Assembly: GCA_028710695.1 (NCBI GenBank)
Contig: JAQTTP010000003.1
Span: 60,001-92,000, forward strand
Length of the DNA: 32,000 nucleotides
DNA from: Candidatus Iainarchaeum sp.
GTDB lineage: Archaea; Iainarchaeota; Iainarchaeia; Iainarchaeales; 0-14-0-20-30-16
Direction of reading: 5' to 3'
In this document: one piece after another, positions 31,869-32,000 of the stretch
How the letters are laid out: each line of letters begins with the position of its first letter
Position numbering within the stretch: position 1 is the stretch's first letter
The notes under the pieces: generated by a model
Databases searched by the model: none
Told to the model about the DNA's origin: nothing
The model's input: the letters and a program-made list of their open reading frames with translations, nothing else
Program-made: the position numbers and the translations under genes

Positions 31869-32000
31869 TCGGGAACAAACTTTCCCGTTCGAGTTGTACC
31901 ACACAAGGTGGTACGGTGCTAATGCACAAGCCTTTAGTTAATATAATATATCTATATCTAATACAAAATATATATAAATAAAATCTTTGGGTCTAACTTT

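Noticed and set aside
31638-31981. ORFs 31638-31820 (+), 31672-31929 (-) and 31784-31981 (+).
   Set aside because: They overlap tRNA-Leu and its structured flanks. The GC-rich tRNA sequence simply lacks stop codons.
1-32000. A search by eye for CRISPR arrays, IS elements or transposases, integrases, toxin-antitoxin pairs and restriction-modification genes.
   Set aside because: No regularly spaced direct repeats, no terminal inverted repeats bracketing an ORF, and no ORF with recognisable transposase, integrase, Cas or methyltransferase motifs were found. The only mobile-element-like trace is the tRNA-Arg 3' duplication reported above.

Overview
The window is visibly AT-rich and looks archaeal. 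It encodes ribosomal protein L40e, which is found only in archaea and eukaryotes. Its three tRNA genes lack encoded CCA, upstream regions carry TATA-like A/T boxes, and many starts are preceded by GGTGAT-type Shine-Dalgarno motifs. Small housekeeping genes combined with enormous surface proteins suggest a DPANN-type or similar small-genome archaeon, but this is inference only.

About 70% of the window (22,428 of 32,000 nt) is taken up by three co-oriented giant paralogous genes of 2603, 2412 and about 2458 aa. The first 81 nt appear to be the tail of a fourth copy. All three share the same plan:
- a conserved N-terminal module of about 40 aa followed by a hydrophobic helix;
- many prealbumin/carboxypeptidase-regulatory-like beta-sandwich repeats;
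- a central membrane-like segment that varies between paralogs (a glycine zipper, a TM hairpin, or a degenerate remnant);
- a conserved Cys-containing C-terminal module.

The third giant gene runs without any terminator into a tight operon of four small polytopic membrane proteins. A fifth small membrane protein follows under its own promoter. I consider this giant-protein plus small-membrane-protein locus the candidate novel system. I cannot test novelty without database searches.

The remaining genes are scpA, rpl40e, tRNA-Arg(TCT), an atypical kinase-fold protein, a UDG-superfamily protein, a GNAT-like protein, a degenerate RpiA-like protein, an Mre11-like nuclease, a secreted Cys-rich HExxH metalloprotease lipoprotein, tRNA-Glu(CTC) and tRNA-Leu(CAA). 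No CRISPR array, transposase or integrase was seen.
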